Source: the human T2T-CHM13v2.0 reference genome, Homo sapiens
Assembly (NCBI RefSeq): GCF_009914755.1
Contig: NC_060926.1
Direction: 5' to 3' (one strand)
DNA: 64,000 nt
Shown: piece by piece, positions 1 to 14,607 of the stretch
Numbering within the stretch: the first letter of the stretch is position 1
Layout of the letters: each line of letters begins with the position of its first letter
Notes under the pieces: generated by a model
What the model saw: only the letters and a program-made list of their open reading frames with translations
Told to the model about the DNA's origin: nothing
The model's database searches: none
Translations under genes and position numbers: made by a program

Positions 1-397
1 ACACAGGAGGGTTCAGGAACTGGCAGCTGGCCACATAGCGAGTGGTAGAGCCAAGTTTTATGCCCATGTTCTTCCCAAAATACCACAAAAGCAACCACTA
101 ACTGTGAACAATGCTTGTTGAACTTGCAATCTGAAAGCTCCTATTTACATGTTTTAAGCCCATGAAGAGATTTTATAACTCAAGTAATGCTACTCCATGA
201 GATCTCAAAGAGCACTTTTATCTCATCCAACTAGTCCTGCTCCAGGAAGAAGCCTCCAGAAGTCAAGTCAGGCTTCAGAAGCAAACAGAAGAATCTGGTG
301 TGTTGCTGACGGAACTCCCAGGGAATCCACCCATCTTTGGGCAGAAGGCCCTTGCAAAATTACTTAGTAGGCCAACTTCAGTGATTTACACACAACC

Positions 398-806
398 TGT
401 GATGGTTAATACAGGTTCAATCAAATCAACTTGATTTGATTGAAGGATGCAAAGTATTGATCCTGGGTGTGTCTGTGAGGGTGATGCCAAAGAAGATGAA
501 CATTTGAGTCAGTGGACTGGGGGAAGACAGACCCAACCTTAATCTCGTGGGCACAATCTAATCAGCTGCCAATGAATATAAAGCAGGCAGAAAAATGAAG
601 AGGTGAGGCTGGCCTAACCTCCCAGCCTTCATCCTTCTCCCACGCTGGATGCTTCCTGCCCTCAAACATTGGACTCCCAGCTCTTCAGTTTTGAGACTCG
701 GACTCCCAAGTCTCTCCTTGCTCCTCAAGCTTGCAGACAGCCTATTGTGGGACCTTGTGATCATATAAGTTAATACTTAATAAATGCACTCACACTCTAG
801 ATAGAT

Positions 807-854
<48 letters not shown>

Positions 855-928
855 GATTAGATATAGATATCTCCATCCATCCATCTGTCCTATTAGTTCT
901 GTCCCTCTAAGGAACCCTGACTAATACA
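398..928 (+). mobile_element. MLT2A-type (ERVL) solo LTR
   Basis: Starts TGTGATGGTTAAT, contains ...GATTGAAGGATGCAAAGTATTGATCCTGGGTGTGTCTGTGAGGG..., ends CCCTGACTAATACA, matching MLT2A1/A2 as I recall it; internal GATA repeat. Confidence 0.85.
798..870. repeat. (GATA)n tetranucleotide microsatellite inside the MLT2A LTR
   Basis: Directly visible AGATAGAT... run with interruptions. Confidence 0.95.
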
Positions 929-1320
929 CAGTGCATTTCAGCTCTCCCTGGCCTAACTTTATTTGTTACAATCCATTTCAAGAACTTTTTAACACTAGGG
1001 GCTTAAAAGGGGGAGAGAGGATTTGCCAAATGCAAATCAAAAAGGAAAAAGAAATCTCACAAGTCATTGAGATACACAAACACCCCACACACCTGTTCTT
1101 GCCCTGATCCTCCATGTCCCTACTTCTTCCCCAAGACAGAAGGCTCCATGCCCTGCACTCTTCCCCTTGGAATGGATGGAGATGCTCCTGGAACACAGCT
1201 CAGCTATGGGGAGCCCCATCTCGTCTTTTCTGGAAGAAGCTGAAAAACAGGACTTTGTCTGATGATATCAGCTCAGTGCTATTCCTTGAGGCTGTCAGCA
1301 GGTCTTAGCCTTTATAAAGT

Positions 1321-1352
1321 GCTCTCTCTCTCTCTGTCTCTCTGTCTCTCTG
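1321..1352. repeat. (CT)n/(CTGT) simple repeat
   Basis: ctctctctctctctgtctctctgtctctctg. Confidence 0.85.
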
Positions 1353-1409
1353 TCACCTTGATGATCCTGTACATGGACAGAAACAGTCTTACATAGGCAC
1401 AGGTTATTA

Positions 1410-1830
1410 TCTGCTCACTTCACTCCCAGTGGTCTTTCTTCCTTGGTAATAACAGAACCCTGACTTTTAGAGAGGAACATTGCCTTTTGGAATAAGACTA
1501 CACTTCCCAGCTTCTTCCCAGCTAGTTTACTGGCCAATTAGATGTAAGAAAAAACTGGGAGGCACAGTAAAGGGAGCCCCAGCCCCCCTTTCCCTTTGCC
1601 CCTTCCCACCTCCAATTTTCTGGGAATGAGATGGCCTTCACCAAAGATGGCAGTCAGAAACTAGGATGGCAGGGCAGAAATGTAAAAGGACACCGAGTCT
1701 TGACAAACAGAGACCTTGAACTGCCTACATGCGGACTTCTTTGACGTGAGAAAATCAAACCCTTATGTGTATAAGTCACTGTCATTTTAGGCTGTTATAT
1801 AGAGTCTGGTCTAATTCCTAAATGACTAGC
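1410..1830 (+). mobile_element. Old ERVL-class LTR (LTR16/LTR33-like)
   Basis: Motifs GGTAATAACAGAACCC, AAGACTACACTTCCCAGC, CTGCCTACATGCGGACTTCTT...GTGAGAAAAT...TAAGTCACTG. Subfamily uncertain. Confidence 0.5.
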
Positions 1831-1933
1831 CTCTCTTTCCCAAGGCTTAAAAGTATCTTAACTTACATAGAAAGACACATTTATAAATTAGAACCTTCTT
1901 ATAACTGGGCCAGGTTCACCAGCACACAATTAA

Positions 1934-2419
<486 letters not shown>

Positions 2420-3073
2420 TAACAGCTTCTTTTGAACCTAATCCAGATATGTTAGAGGTCTTTGAAAAGTGGTCAAATGTTCACAGCTGAATTCTGGTTG
2501 AAAGCCTTCTACACTTCCAATCTGTTTCTCCTTAGGAGAAACTCCAGCTGGCCCCTCTCTTAGCAAGTTCTCATTCTCCTTTAAGACCTTTAGAGAAATG
2601 TCCTCCAGTGTGGTCAGAAGTAGCTGGACCCTAGTGGTGGCCTCTGCATAGCCACCCTGAGAGTCAACCTGCCAGGACCTCTCTCTGTTCCCCTGCCACA
2701 GGGCTGCCTTCCAGTCCCTCAGGGAGTCCTTCTCCTCCTCACCGGGCCAGTTTCATGTCCCTTATGGTGTGGGGAATTGGAGAGGGGGTGGACATAAATA
2801 ACTTACTTTTATAATAACTAAATATGTTAAAATATGTTATAGGAAAAGAAAAATGTTAAGGATTACCCTCTTTTGGAAATGTTTGTTAGTAGCTAACATT
2901 TATTAAATACTATGTTCTGGGCACGGTACTAAATGCCTATTTAAATACTGTCACCATGTTTGAGATCTAAAACAGTCTTACAGAGGCGAAGTAGCTCTAC
3001 CTGATGTGACACATCTACTCAATGACAGCAAGGATTTAATTCCAGGTCTACCCAATTCCAAAGCCCGATCCTG

Positions 3074-3397
3074 TTTTGTTTTGTTGTTTTGTTTTGTTTT
3101 GTTTGAGACAGGGTCTCACTCTGTCACCTAGGCTGGAGTGCAGTGTCACGATCATGGCTCACTGCAGCATCAAAGTCCTGAGGAATTCTCTGACCTCAGC
3201 CTCCCAAGTAGCTGGGACTACAGGCATGAGCCACCACACCCAGCTAATTTTTGTATTTGTTGTAGAGATGGTGTTTCACCATGTTGCCCAGGCTGGTCTT
3301 GAACTCCTGAGCTCAAGCAATCTGCCTGCCTTGGCCTCCCAAAGTGCTCGGATTACAGGCATGAGCCACTGTACCCGGCTAAGCCACTGCACCCGGC
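3074..3397 (-). mobile_element. Alu (J-like) with (TTTTG)n tail and duplicated 5' end
   Basis: Reverse Alu; AGCCACTGYACCCGGC occurs twice at 3364-3397. Confidence 0.93.
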
Positions 3398-3959
3398 ACC
3401 TGATCGTTTAATGCTTAGGCAGCACTGCAGTTTGAAAATGCTGCCAATGTTCTAATGCCACTAGAACACACATTCTCAGCAAGGGCGATATTGCCCTCAA
3501 GAGAGCAAAAGCTAGTTCTTGGTGGCCAATTGAAAAAAAAAAAAAAAGTATTTACTCCTTCTAGGTATAAAGGACAGATATACATATAGTGCCCAATGGA
3601 TTTGCAGTTTACTCGTAGTATCAAATTTCCATGAGAGGAGGGGGCAATTAGGGAAAAAAATCTAAAAAGGCTCCTTACAGGGACAATCATCAATAATGAA
3701 AACAAGGTTGAGCAACAGTGTGTTAGGACATTTTGGCAAAGAGCATGTTTACTGAAAGCAAGCAGTGTCTTACACAACTCCCAGGGTTTTCTCAGGGCAC
3801 AGAAGACAGCGTCAACACCTGAGCTTTGTTCACTGAAAGCTTTTAGTCATTATGCCATGTGATGCTCCCAAGAACCCCCTCATGAAATCACTAAGGAAGA
3901 TATTTACTCTCCACTTTTAACAGATGAGGAAATTGAACTTTAGAGACGGTAACCACTAC

Positions 3960-4800
<841 letters not shown>

Positions 4801-5669
4801 TCATCCTTCAATATAGTTGAATGTTGCTTAAAATCAATTGCATGGGTGTAAAATTTTTTATACTAAAAATAAGAAAATATTTTTCTTTATGGCTTAAAAA
4901 TTGCCTATAGCTTACATAGTGTTTCCTCAGGGGTGGTCCATAACTCCAGCCTCCTGAGATGCTACACTCCAAGGGAAAGCATCCGTGATCCAGCCATCTG
5001 AGGGATGCTGCACAACACAGCCTCACCTGTAGACTCACAAAGCTGTATGGCCCTAAGACTTATACTTAGTAAAGAAACCTGCCTGCCTTGATTAACCCTA
5101 GTGTTTTCCAACCATTTTTTCCCCAATGAGGGTACTTCTCATTGTTTTCCTTCATTCATTGGTTACCCACCATCTTCTTCCTCTCCAGTCTAGCTTTGGA
5201 AGGTTGAAAGTAGTTGAGACTGAAGAGATATTTCTGAGATAGTCTCCTGGCTCCCTGGGATAAAGTGCATGGATTAAAGTACACCAGAATAGTCACTTTC
5301 TTTCCCTATGTGGGCCTCAGTTTCCCCAGTGGTCCAAGGAAGGAGTAGATGGCATGGCTTCTGAACCCCTTCTAATCTCTAATTATACATCTGTAAAATG
5401 AAGGGATGGAAGATGATGCCTGACTTTTCTTCCAGCTCCTACATTCTTTGATCTCAAGAATCATCTCACTTCACTCTCTCTCAGAGAAGGCAACTATAGC
5501 TCAGAGAGATGAAGTGACTTGCCCAAGGCTACGCAGCAGGGCCTAGACCTGCCGGGCCCCTGAGTCCTACCTAGCTCAGCATTCATGTGTTTTTACATGT
5601 GTGCTGTGTGTGTATATGTGAGCACATATATGTGAATACATGACAAGGTGGCATATTCTAAAGATTCTT

Positions 5670-6186
<517 letters not shown>

Positions 6187-7479
6187 CATATTCTAAAGAT
6201 TCTTGTTAAGCTCAGACATTTCCTAAGGCATCCATGCAGGTCAGGGGTGCTGTGTATCCAAGTCCTGGATGTGAAGCAGGAGGAAGCAGATGTAAAGAGG
6301 TAGGAGCTACAGGAATGCTCAAAGGATCACATCTCCCTCCTCCTCCCCAGTCTCTGCATCACAGGGGCTCATGCTCCTTGCTTAGCCTGATGAGGCTACA
6401 TCCAGCCAGCCCAGCCCGGTGAAGCTGCTTCCTGCTCCCAGCTCAGGAGCTCCAGGCAGGACTGAGCACAGCCAGCCATCAAATTTTGCCTGATCTAGCC
6501 CAGTGCAGTTATCAGCATTTTGTTTCTACCTCCATGTTTTGACCCTGGGTTCATCAGCTTGACCTTTAGCCCTAAAAGACACTGTCAAATTTGCTGAGTT
6601 TGGGGGCATTTCCACAGCTGCTTCTGTCTTTACCCCCTGCAGCTCCTCCTCTGCCATTCCACTCAGCCCTTCTCTCTCCCAAAATCCACAGGTGCCTAGC
6701 CCCACAGTGGCTGCTCCTGCAAGTCTCCCTGCTTTGATCAGATTCCCATGCTGTCTGACCACCATTTTTTTAAATTTTTGCACCCTACTTCTAGTCATCC
6801 ACTCAAAGGAGGCCAAAACTACAATTCCTCTTTCCTCTTTTCCATCCACGCTGATATCACATCTCTAAGGCTCACTTAGACTTTTATTATCTTCTCCACT
6901 GAGGTAGAGATTATAAATCAATACATGTCATAACCTCAGTGTACGGGATGGCTGTGTGTGGGTGTAAGAGACAGAGAGAAAACACCAATGTTGGTATAGT
7001 AGAAATTGCAACTGATGTGTTACAATATGAAGAGGGAATATTGCATATCTTCCAATTCCTATTTTCAAAGTCGACTCATCTTTCCAGAACTGTCACTCCC
7101 AGCCATGGGAATAAAGTTCAGGAGCTCAGATTGCATTAGCTTCCTCCTTCTCACTCCAATGGGTAGTTTGTACCAGCTCCACCTCCCATCCCCAGGAGGA
7201 GCTCCTTCCAGGTTCCTCGACACCTGCCGCATCATACGGCTTACCCCATGGTGAGCAGAAGCTCCAGCTCAGCCCCAGGGACAACTGGCCTACAGTGAAT
7301 CATTTCTCAGGATCTCACTGGAGGTGGGAGGAGGTGGGTGGAGGAAGGTTTTGGTGGGTGAGCAAGGGGCAGAGGGACATGGTAGCACTGCTCCAGTTGT
7401 TGTTGCTTTGGGATGGAGGCGTTGAAAGATAAATTCATGAAAGAGAGACTGGAAGGCTTTCCTCTCCTGAGATTCAACC

Positions 7480-7635
7480 CTGGCCACACCACAGAATCCC
7501 TGTGACGCTTTCAAATAACGTGAATGTGCGGAGCACATCCCAGACCAAGGAAACTGAAACTCCAGGTGCGTAGCCAAAGAACTTGTGTCTGAAAAAAGCT
7601 CCCCAGGTCATTCAGATTCACAGCAACATAACCTG
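7480..7635. mobile_element. MER5-type hAT-Charlie MITE
   Basis: ...AGAATCCCTG...CCCAGACC...CTGAAAAAAGCTCCCCAGGTCATTCAGAT... Confidence 0.55.
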
Positions 7636-7753
7636 ACCTCCTGATACAACAAGAAGCATACAACATCACCAATAAAGCATTCTTGATAAAAATGTCTAAC
7701 CTGAATCCAACCATGAGAATGCAATCTGACAAATCCAGCTGTGGGACATTCTA

Positions 7754-8610
<857 letters not shown>

Positions 8611-8611
8611 C

Positions 8612-8911
8612 TTTTTTTCTTTCTTGAGATAGGGCCTCGCTCTTTCACCCAGGCTGGAGTGCAGTGGCACGATCATAGCTGACTGCATCCTCAAACTCCT
8701 GGGCTCTAGTGATCCTCCCACCTCAGCCTCCTAAGTTACTAGGATTACAGGTGGCCACCACCCTGCCTAGCTAATTTTTCTTTAGTTTTTTTCTAGAGGC
8801 AGGGTCTTGCTATGTTGCTCAGGCCGGTCTTGAACTCCGCAATTCAAGTGATCCTCCCGCCTTGGCCTCCCAAATTCCTGGGAATATAGGCGTAAGCCAC
8901 CGCACGCAGCC
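8612..8911 (-). mobile_element. Alu (J-like)
   Basis: Reverse Alu with AluJ-style diagnostic sequence. Confidence 0.93.
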
Positions 8912-9055
8912 AGTTCTACCATTCTTTTCAATCTGCAGTTTTAATATTTTTCACACCCCAGATAGCTATATGACTGCACACAATCAAAGTCACTGCCCGT
9001 CCCAGCTCTTCTCCAGCCCCTCCCTTCCAATTCTGAGGTCCTGGAGTCCCTAGAA

Positions 9056-9235
9056 CAGTGATTCTCAAACCTCTGCACACAAGAGCCTGGAGGTCACATT
9101 AAAGCACAGACTGCTGGGCCCCACCCCTAGGGTTTCTGCTTCATTGGTCAGCTGTAGGGCCGAGTGTGTGCACTTCTATCAAACACCCAGGTGATGCTGA
9201 TGCTGATCAGAGGCCTCACTCCAAGAACTACTCCC
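9056..9235. mobile_element. MER5A hAT-Charlie MITE
   Basis: CAGTGATTCTCAAAC...ACAGACTGCTGGGCCCCACCCC...CCCAGGTGATGCTGATGCTG...GAACTACT. Confidence 0.8.
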
Positions 9236-9366
9236 CCGGAGGGCTAGAAGATAGGCCAACGCTCCTATTCATAGCTCATCCTCCCAGATGTGCTATAGCC
9301 TCCAGCCCGTAAAGGCAAGATGCTTAATCTTTTCCAGGAAAAGTTTGTGCAATATGGCAATAACAC

Positions 9367-9381
9367 CCACCAGAGGGCAGC
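9367..9381 (+). promoter_or_regulatory. CTCF core motif
   Basis: CCACCAGAGGGCAGC matches the core consensus CCASYAGRKGGCRSY without mismatch, in non-repeat sequence. Binding not shown. Confidence 0.6.
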
Positions 9382-11822
9382 AAACTCTTGCGGAAAGAAA
9401 TTTTCAGGAAAAGAAAGGAATTTGACTGAACTCTTGGGACCCCTTCCTGAGGATTCTGACATCCCACAGAGGACTGAGGTGGTTGAGGCCATCGGGTTCC
9501 GACTATAATAATTCTCTACATTTGGTTAACGCTTCATGCACGTCAAACTTTCCCATATATTATCTCATCCAAACTCTACAATGGTCCTGAGGCAACAGAG
9601 CTTCAACATCTCTGTGTGATAGATAAGATAACAAGGCTCAGAAAGACAAAGTGGAGGTGACTTGTCCAAGATGAGAGGGCTGGTGATTTATCAGATCAGG
9701 AACTTGGATGCAGGCTGCCTGACGCCTCATTTCTTGTTTTCCCTCACACCTATCTGCAGTAATAGCCGCTGGGATTTCTTGATGATTTTTTATGTATTTC
9801 CTCTTTTAATTTTCACAGCAACCTATAAGGCATGCTCTCCAGTTGTCTCCACTTTACAGACAAGGTAAGGGAGGTGGGAGGAAACTGACTCGCACAATTA
9901 ATAAGTAGTGAAGCTAGGATTTGAGTCAGGCCTGTCTGACTCAAGAATCTACAAACACCTACTGATTCCCTGTAGTCATGTGTAGTCAGCAGCCATTTGT
10001 CAAGCAGCACTTGCAGTAAGTCTGGGACTACGCAAGTCACTGGTGATACAGTCCTGGCCCTCCAGCAGCAGCCAGTCTAGAAAAATCTAAGATGAAGGTG
10101 CCCGTGCCAAGTGTCACAGGAAGCCCACCAGGTGAGTTCTATCATCCCCATTTTACAGATGAGGCAATGGGACCTAGAGAGGTCAATTAACTTGCCTCTG
10201 ACTGCAAGACAATAAGTGATGGATCAGGGATTCACACTTGGGCCATGTACTATACCGGCAGCTTTTGTGCATCTCACCCCAAATTTTCTGAGATGCCATG
10301 TGGGAAATAGAAAATGTCCCAAAACATGTGGAACATTCATTCAGCTGCAGTGGACATTCATTCCATTGCAGTTGTCATCCCATCAGCTCTCTGCTGCCCC
10401 TCAGCTCAGCCTGCAGCTCAGACTCCTGCTGGGCCAGGCCCTCCTCCCCTGTAGAACCTCCCTTCCCCTTCCCATTGCCAAGTCAGGGTTTTCTTCTAGA
10501 ATGGCCCAGAAAAATAAAGTCAGACCATTTTGCATATTGAGGACCCTTGATGAAGAGCTGCTGTTGAGAGTCAAAGAAGCTTCCCTGGGACCCTCACCTG
10601 TCAGCCTCCACTACCACCAACAGACATAAAGTAAGGGCAGTGCCTGACAGCAGATCTTGGGCTGGGGACGTGCAGGTGTTTTCCTATTTGGGCCTCAGAG
10701 TCCCCTGACCCAAGCCAGGCCCCCTCCCCTGGGCAGCCAGTTTGTTATTCCCGCAGATTCCAGTCATCACACCGGTTCTCCCATCCTTGTGGTTCTCCCT
10801 CCTTACTTCCTACAGGTACACTTGGGGATTCTGATTCTTTCCCTTCAAGACTCAGTAGAATAACATGTTCTTCTCTGTGCTGCCTCCTAAAGCAAACTCA
10901 CATGCCCACTCCAAGAGAAGTCATTTAGTATGTAGAAAAGAATATTGGATTTTGAAATCTGACTTTAAATATCTGGGTATAAGATCCAGTTCCAGCACTC
11001 ACAAGCAGGAGACTAGAACAAATCTCTTAATTTCTCTTGGCTGGGCATCATTTTACTGTGCTTACTATGGGAATCACAGCCTCTGGGGCCATCTAACAAA
11101 ATACAGGGTTACCGTGGCGTTAAAGTAATATATAATGGAAGGCACTTTTTTTATTCTTAAGTTCTTTATAGTAAGTATGAATGTCGAAAACAAAAATTAT
11201 ATCATCTGGTGGCATTTTCAATGATGTAGATGTAACATGCAGGACAACAAAAATGGAGGATTAATGAAGCTATGTCGTTAAGCCTTTCACATTTTGCTTA
11301 GTTGCCAGAGTGGAGGGGTTAGCGACGGATAAATGTTAACTCTAAGTAGGATTAGGAGTCAACAATAGGAAACATGTGTAAGATACAAAACCAGAAGGCA
11401 GGCTTGGGCTCCTTGATTAACAGTAAAGGAGATCTCTGAAACTGGTATTTCTCATCTTTTCATTTGGTGCCTCCGAGATAGCACCACAGAGTAGCAGATT
11501 ACAGGAAGATCCTGAAAGAGGAGGAGCACTGCTGACCTGTGCAAAGCATAGAGTATAATCGCGGGAGGACAAACAGCTTGAAGCTGCTGAGACAATGGCT
11601 CTGGCACCTGCTTTGGGGCAGGGAAATTTTAGGAAAAATACCTGTGGAAGTTAAGGATCTGGAAATAGATTCCCTTCCCATGCCATCAAACCTCCTGAAA
11701 AGTGCTGCTGTAAACCCTGTTTGAAGATCCTCTGAGATGTTGCTCAAAAAGCACACTCAAGGCCTATATAAAATTGGCTCCAGACCAAAGAGAAGTTGGC
11801 CACTCAACCTAGCAATGCCTTC

Positions 11823-12186
11823 TGATATGATTTTGTTGTGTCCGCACCCAAATTTCATCTTTAACCGTAGCTCCCATAATTCCTACATATCATGGTAAGG
11901 GACCTGGTAGGAGGTAACTGAATCATGGAGCCGGGTCTTTCCCATGCTGTTCTCCTGATAGTGAATAAGTCTCACAAGATCTGCTGGTTTTATAAAGGGT
12001 AGTTCCCTACACACATTCTTCTTGGCTGCTGCCATGTAAGATGTGCCTTGCTCTTCCTTCACCTTCCACCATGATTGTGAGACCTTCCCAGCCATGTGAA
12101 ACTGTGGGTGCATTAAACCTCTTTCCTTTATAAATTACCCAGTCTGAGGTATGTCTTCATTAGCAGTGTGAGAACAGACTAATACA
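11823..12186 (+). mobile_element. THE1-family MaLR solo LTR
   Basis: TGATATG...CAGACTAATACA termini; perfect 5-bp TSD CCTTC. Confidence 0.92.
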
Positions 12187-12724
12187 CCTTCCCACGTTCC
12201 TGCCTCTCTCTACTGCGTCTGTTCCCAAGGGCCTCATCTTGCTCTCAGATATACCTGGGTTTCCTGTGCTGCCCAATTCAAGAAGTCTCCCTATAAACTC
12301 CTGGTCTTCAGCCCCAAACACACCCAGATAACCCCACATCTTTCAAGATTAAGACTGCCTCCACCTATCCTTCCTTCCTATATGGAATTGTGCCTCTATT
12401 GTGCCCCATATACACTTTTACCATAATATTTGTAATACTTTATTGATTTTGTTTACACATCTGTTCCCCATTTTTGGAATTAATATTTTATTGCTTTCTG
12501 TACCCTCAGTTCAGGAAACACTGTAGAAGTGCATTAAATGTCAATTGAATGGATGAAACCAAGGCCTACGTGCTCTTTCTTTGCAATGACAGCCTCTTTC
12601 AATCTTGCCAACCTTAGTTTGACCCAGACCTGACATAATGTAACCACAATCTAGCCATGGCATGACCTGGCTTCAAAGTTCTTTCAACCCTGTCAGGATG
12701 CTGTTTGCTATCCAAGTTACTGAT

Positions 12725-13030
12725 AGCTAGTCTCAGGGCTGACTGCACATTAGAATCACCTGGGAAGATTTTTTGTTGTTGTTTTTTAAGGCTAGTCAAG
12801 TGAAGCAAAGGAGATAGAGAAGAAACAAAGAAGTCTATAGCTGGTTGTGATCAATTATTTGTAAACACCACTGCACTCGGCCCAACCCTGGGAAGTTTTT
12901 TGAAGTGCTGATGCTCAGGCCTCAACCTAGACCACTAAATCAAAAGCTCTACAGAGTGGGGAGCCTGGGCATCAGCATCTGTAAAGCCTCCCAGGTGATT
13001 CTAATGGGTAACCAAGGTTGAGAACTGCCA
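12725..13030. mobile_element. MER5-type MITE split by a Y RNA retrocopy
   Basis: CTGCACATTAGAATCACCTGGG...CTGATGCTCAGGCC...CCCAGGTGATTCTAATG...GGTTGAGAAC. Confidence 0.75.
12788..12887 (-). pseudogene. Y3 RNA (RNY3) processed pseudogene
   Basis: Minus strand reads GGTTGGGCCGAGTGCAGTGGTGTTTACAAATAATTGATCACAACCAGCTATAGACTTCTTTG...GCTTCACTTGACTAGCCTT, i.e. full-length hY3. A-rich tail at 12769-12787; TSD CCTGGGAAG(A)TTTTT on both sides. Confidence 0.92.
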
Positions 13031-13431
13031 TCTTAACAGAAGGGGCTTTGGGTTTGCATTATCTTCAGATGTGGAAGAATTCTCAATTCAACCTCAAATT
13101 TGTTTCCTAATCTTCCCTCCAAGTGTGGGCTCCCAAATTTTTTCCTCAAAGCTGAATGCACTTTCACCTGGATGTCAGCCCAGCATTTAAGCCCAAAATA
13201 TCATATATCTAAATATTTAAAAGTTATAGATTAAGCTAAAAATTGTTAAATACAGTATGTCATTTCCTCCTTCCTGACAAATACAACTTTTGTAACACAA
13301 AAATTGAAAAAATGTGTACAAAACTAAGCTTTTACATGACTAAAAGTTGGCAAAATATCAAAGAGAACTGGTTGCATACCTTGATGCACTGATGTTTATG
13401 TGGGTAATACAATAAAGGTATACTATAATTA

Positions 13432-13855
13432 CACTTGGCCCTTGAACAACAAGAGGGTTAGAGGTACCACCCTCCCCACCCTACACAGTTGAAAATCCAA
13501 AACTTTTCGCTCCCCCAAACTTTACTAATAGCCTACTATTGACTGGGAACCTTACAGGCAACATAAACAGTCAATTAACACACATTTTGTATGTTATATG
13601 TACTATATACTGTATTCTTACAATACAGTAAGCTAGAGAAAAGAAAATCATATCGAAGTCATAAAGAAGAAAAAATGTATTTACTATTCCTTGAGTGGAT
13701 CATCATAAGGGTCTTCATGCTTGTCATTTTCACAATAAGTAGGCAGAGGAAGAGGAGGGATTGGTTTTGCTATCTCAGGGGTGGAAGAGGTGGAAGAAAA
13801 TTCACATATAAGTGGACCCACACAGTTCAAACCTGTGTTTCTCAAGGGTCAACTG
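13432..13855 (-). mobile_element. Tigger2a/MER28-type Tc1-mariner element
   Basis: TIRs CACTTGGCCCTTGAACAAC...TCTCAAGGGTCAACTG flanked by TA. Confidence 0.85.
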
Positions 13856-14168
13856 TAATTAGTTAGTATAATTTATTTCATAAAATGTATATTTCTTGTT
13901 CATTTCAGTGAATCACTAATAATGTTGCTATGATCAAAATTGTTCACAGTCATGCCAAATTGGCACTTTCGTTTAAGGGAAACACTGCTAATCTAGTAGC
14001 CATTGGAATTGTCAATAAATTTATTAAAATGATACTTAGATTGGAAATGAACCATAATTTTCAAACCAATCTCAAACATTGTAATGAGGTCATCTATGGT
14101 TAATTAGTGTTATCACTGGAAATGTAGCCAAATATATTAATTTCATGGTAGAAATTACTATTGCTTAT

Positions 14169-14607
14169 TGTACTAGTCTGTTTTCACACTGCTGTGAAGA
14201 TACTACCCCAGACTGGGTAATTTATAAAGGAAAGAGTTTTAATTGACTCACAGTTCTGCATGGCTGGAGAGGCCTCAGGAAACTTACAATTATGGAAGTG
14301 GAATTGTAATTATTATAATTCCAATTATGGAATTGTAATTATTATAATTCCAATTATGGAATTGTATGGAATAGTGGAAGGGGAAGCAGGCACCTTCTTC
14401 ACAAGGCAGCAGGAGAGAGAGAGAAAGCACAGGGGAAATTGCGACTTATAAAACCATCAGGTCTCATGAGAACTCACTCACTATCACGAGAACAGCATGG
14501 GGGAAACTGCCCCCATGATCCAATCACCTCCCACATGTCCGTCCCCCAACATGTGGGGATTACAATTCAGGATGAGATTTGGGTGGGGACATAGCCAAAA
14601 CATATCA
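14169..14607 (-). mobile_element. MSTA/THE1D-type MaLR LTR with an internal AT-rich insertion
   Basis: TGTACTAGTCTGTTTTCACACTGC...GAGATTTGGGTGGGGACATAGCCAAAACATATCA. Confidence 0.88.

Noticed and set aside
14299-14373. Short palindromic repeats reminiscent of a CRISPR array
   Set aside because: Head-to-tail units with no spacers, inside a primate LTR; no cas genes.
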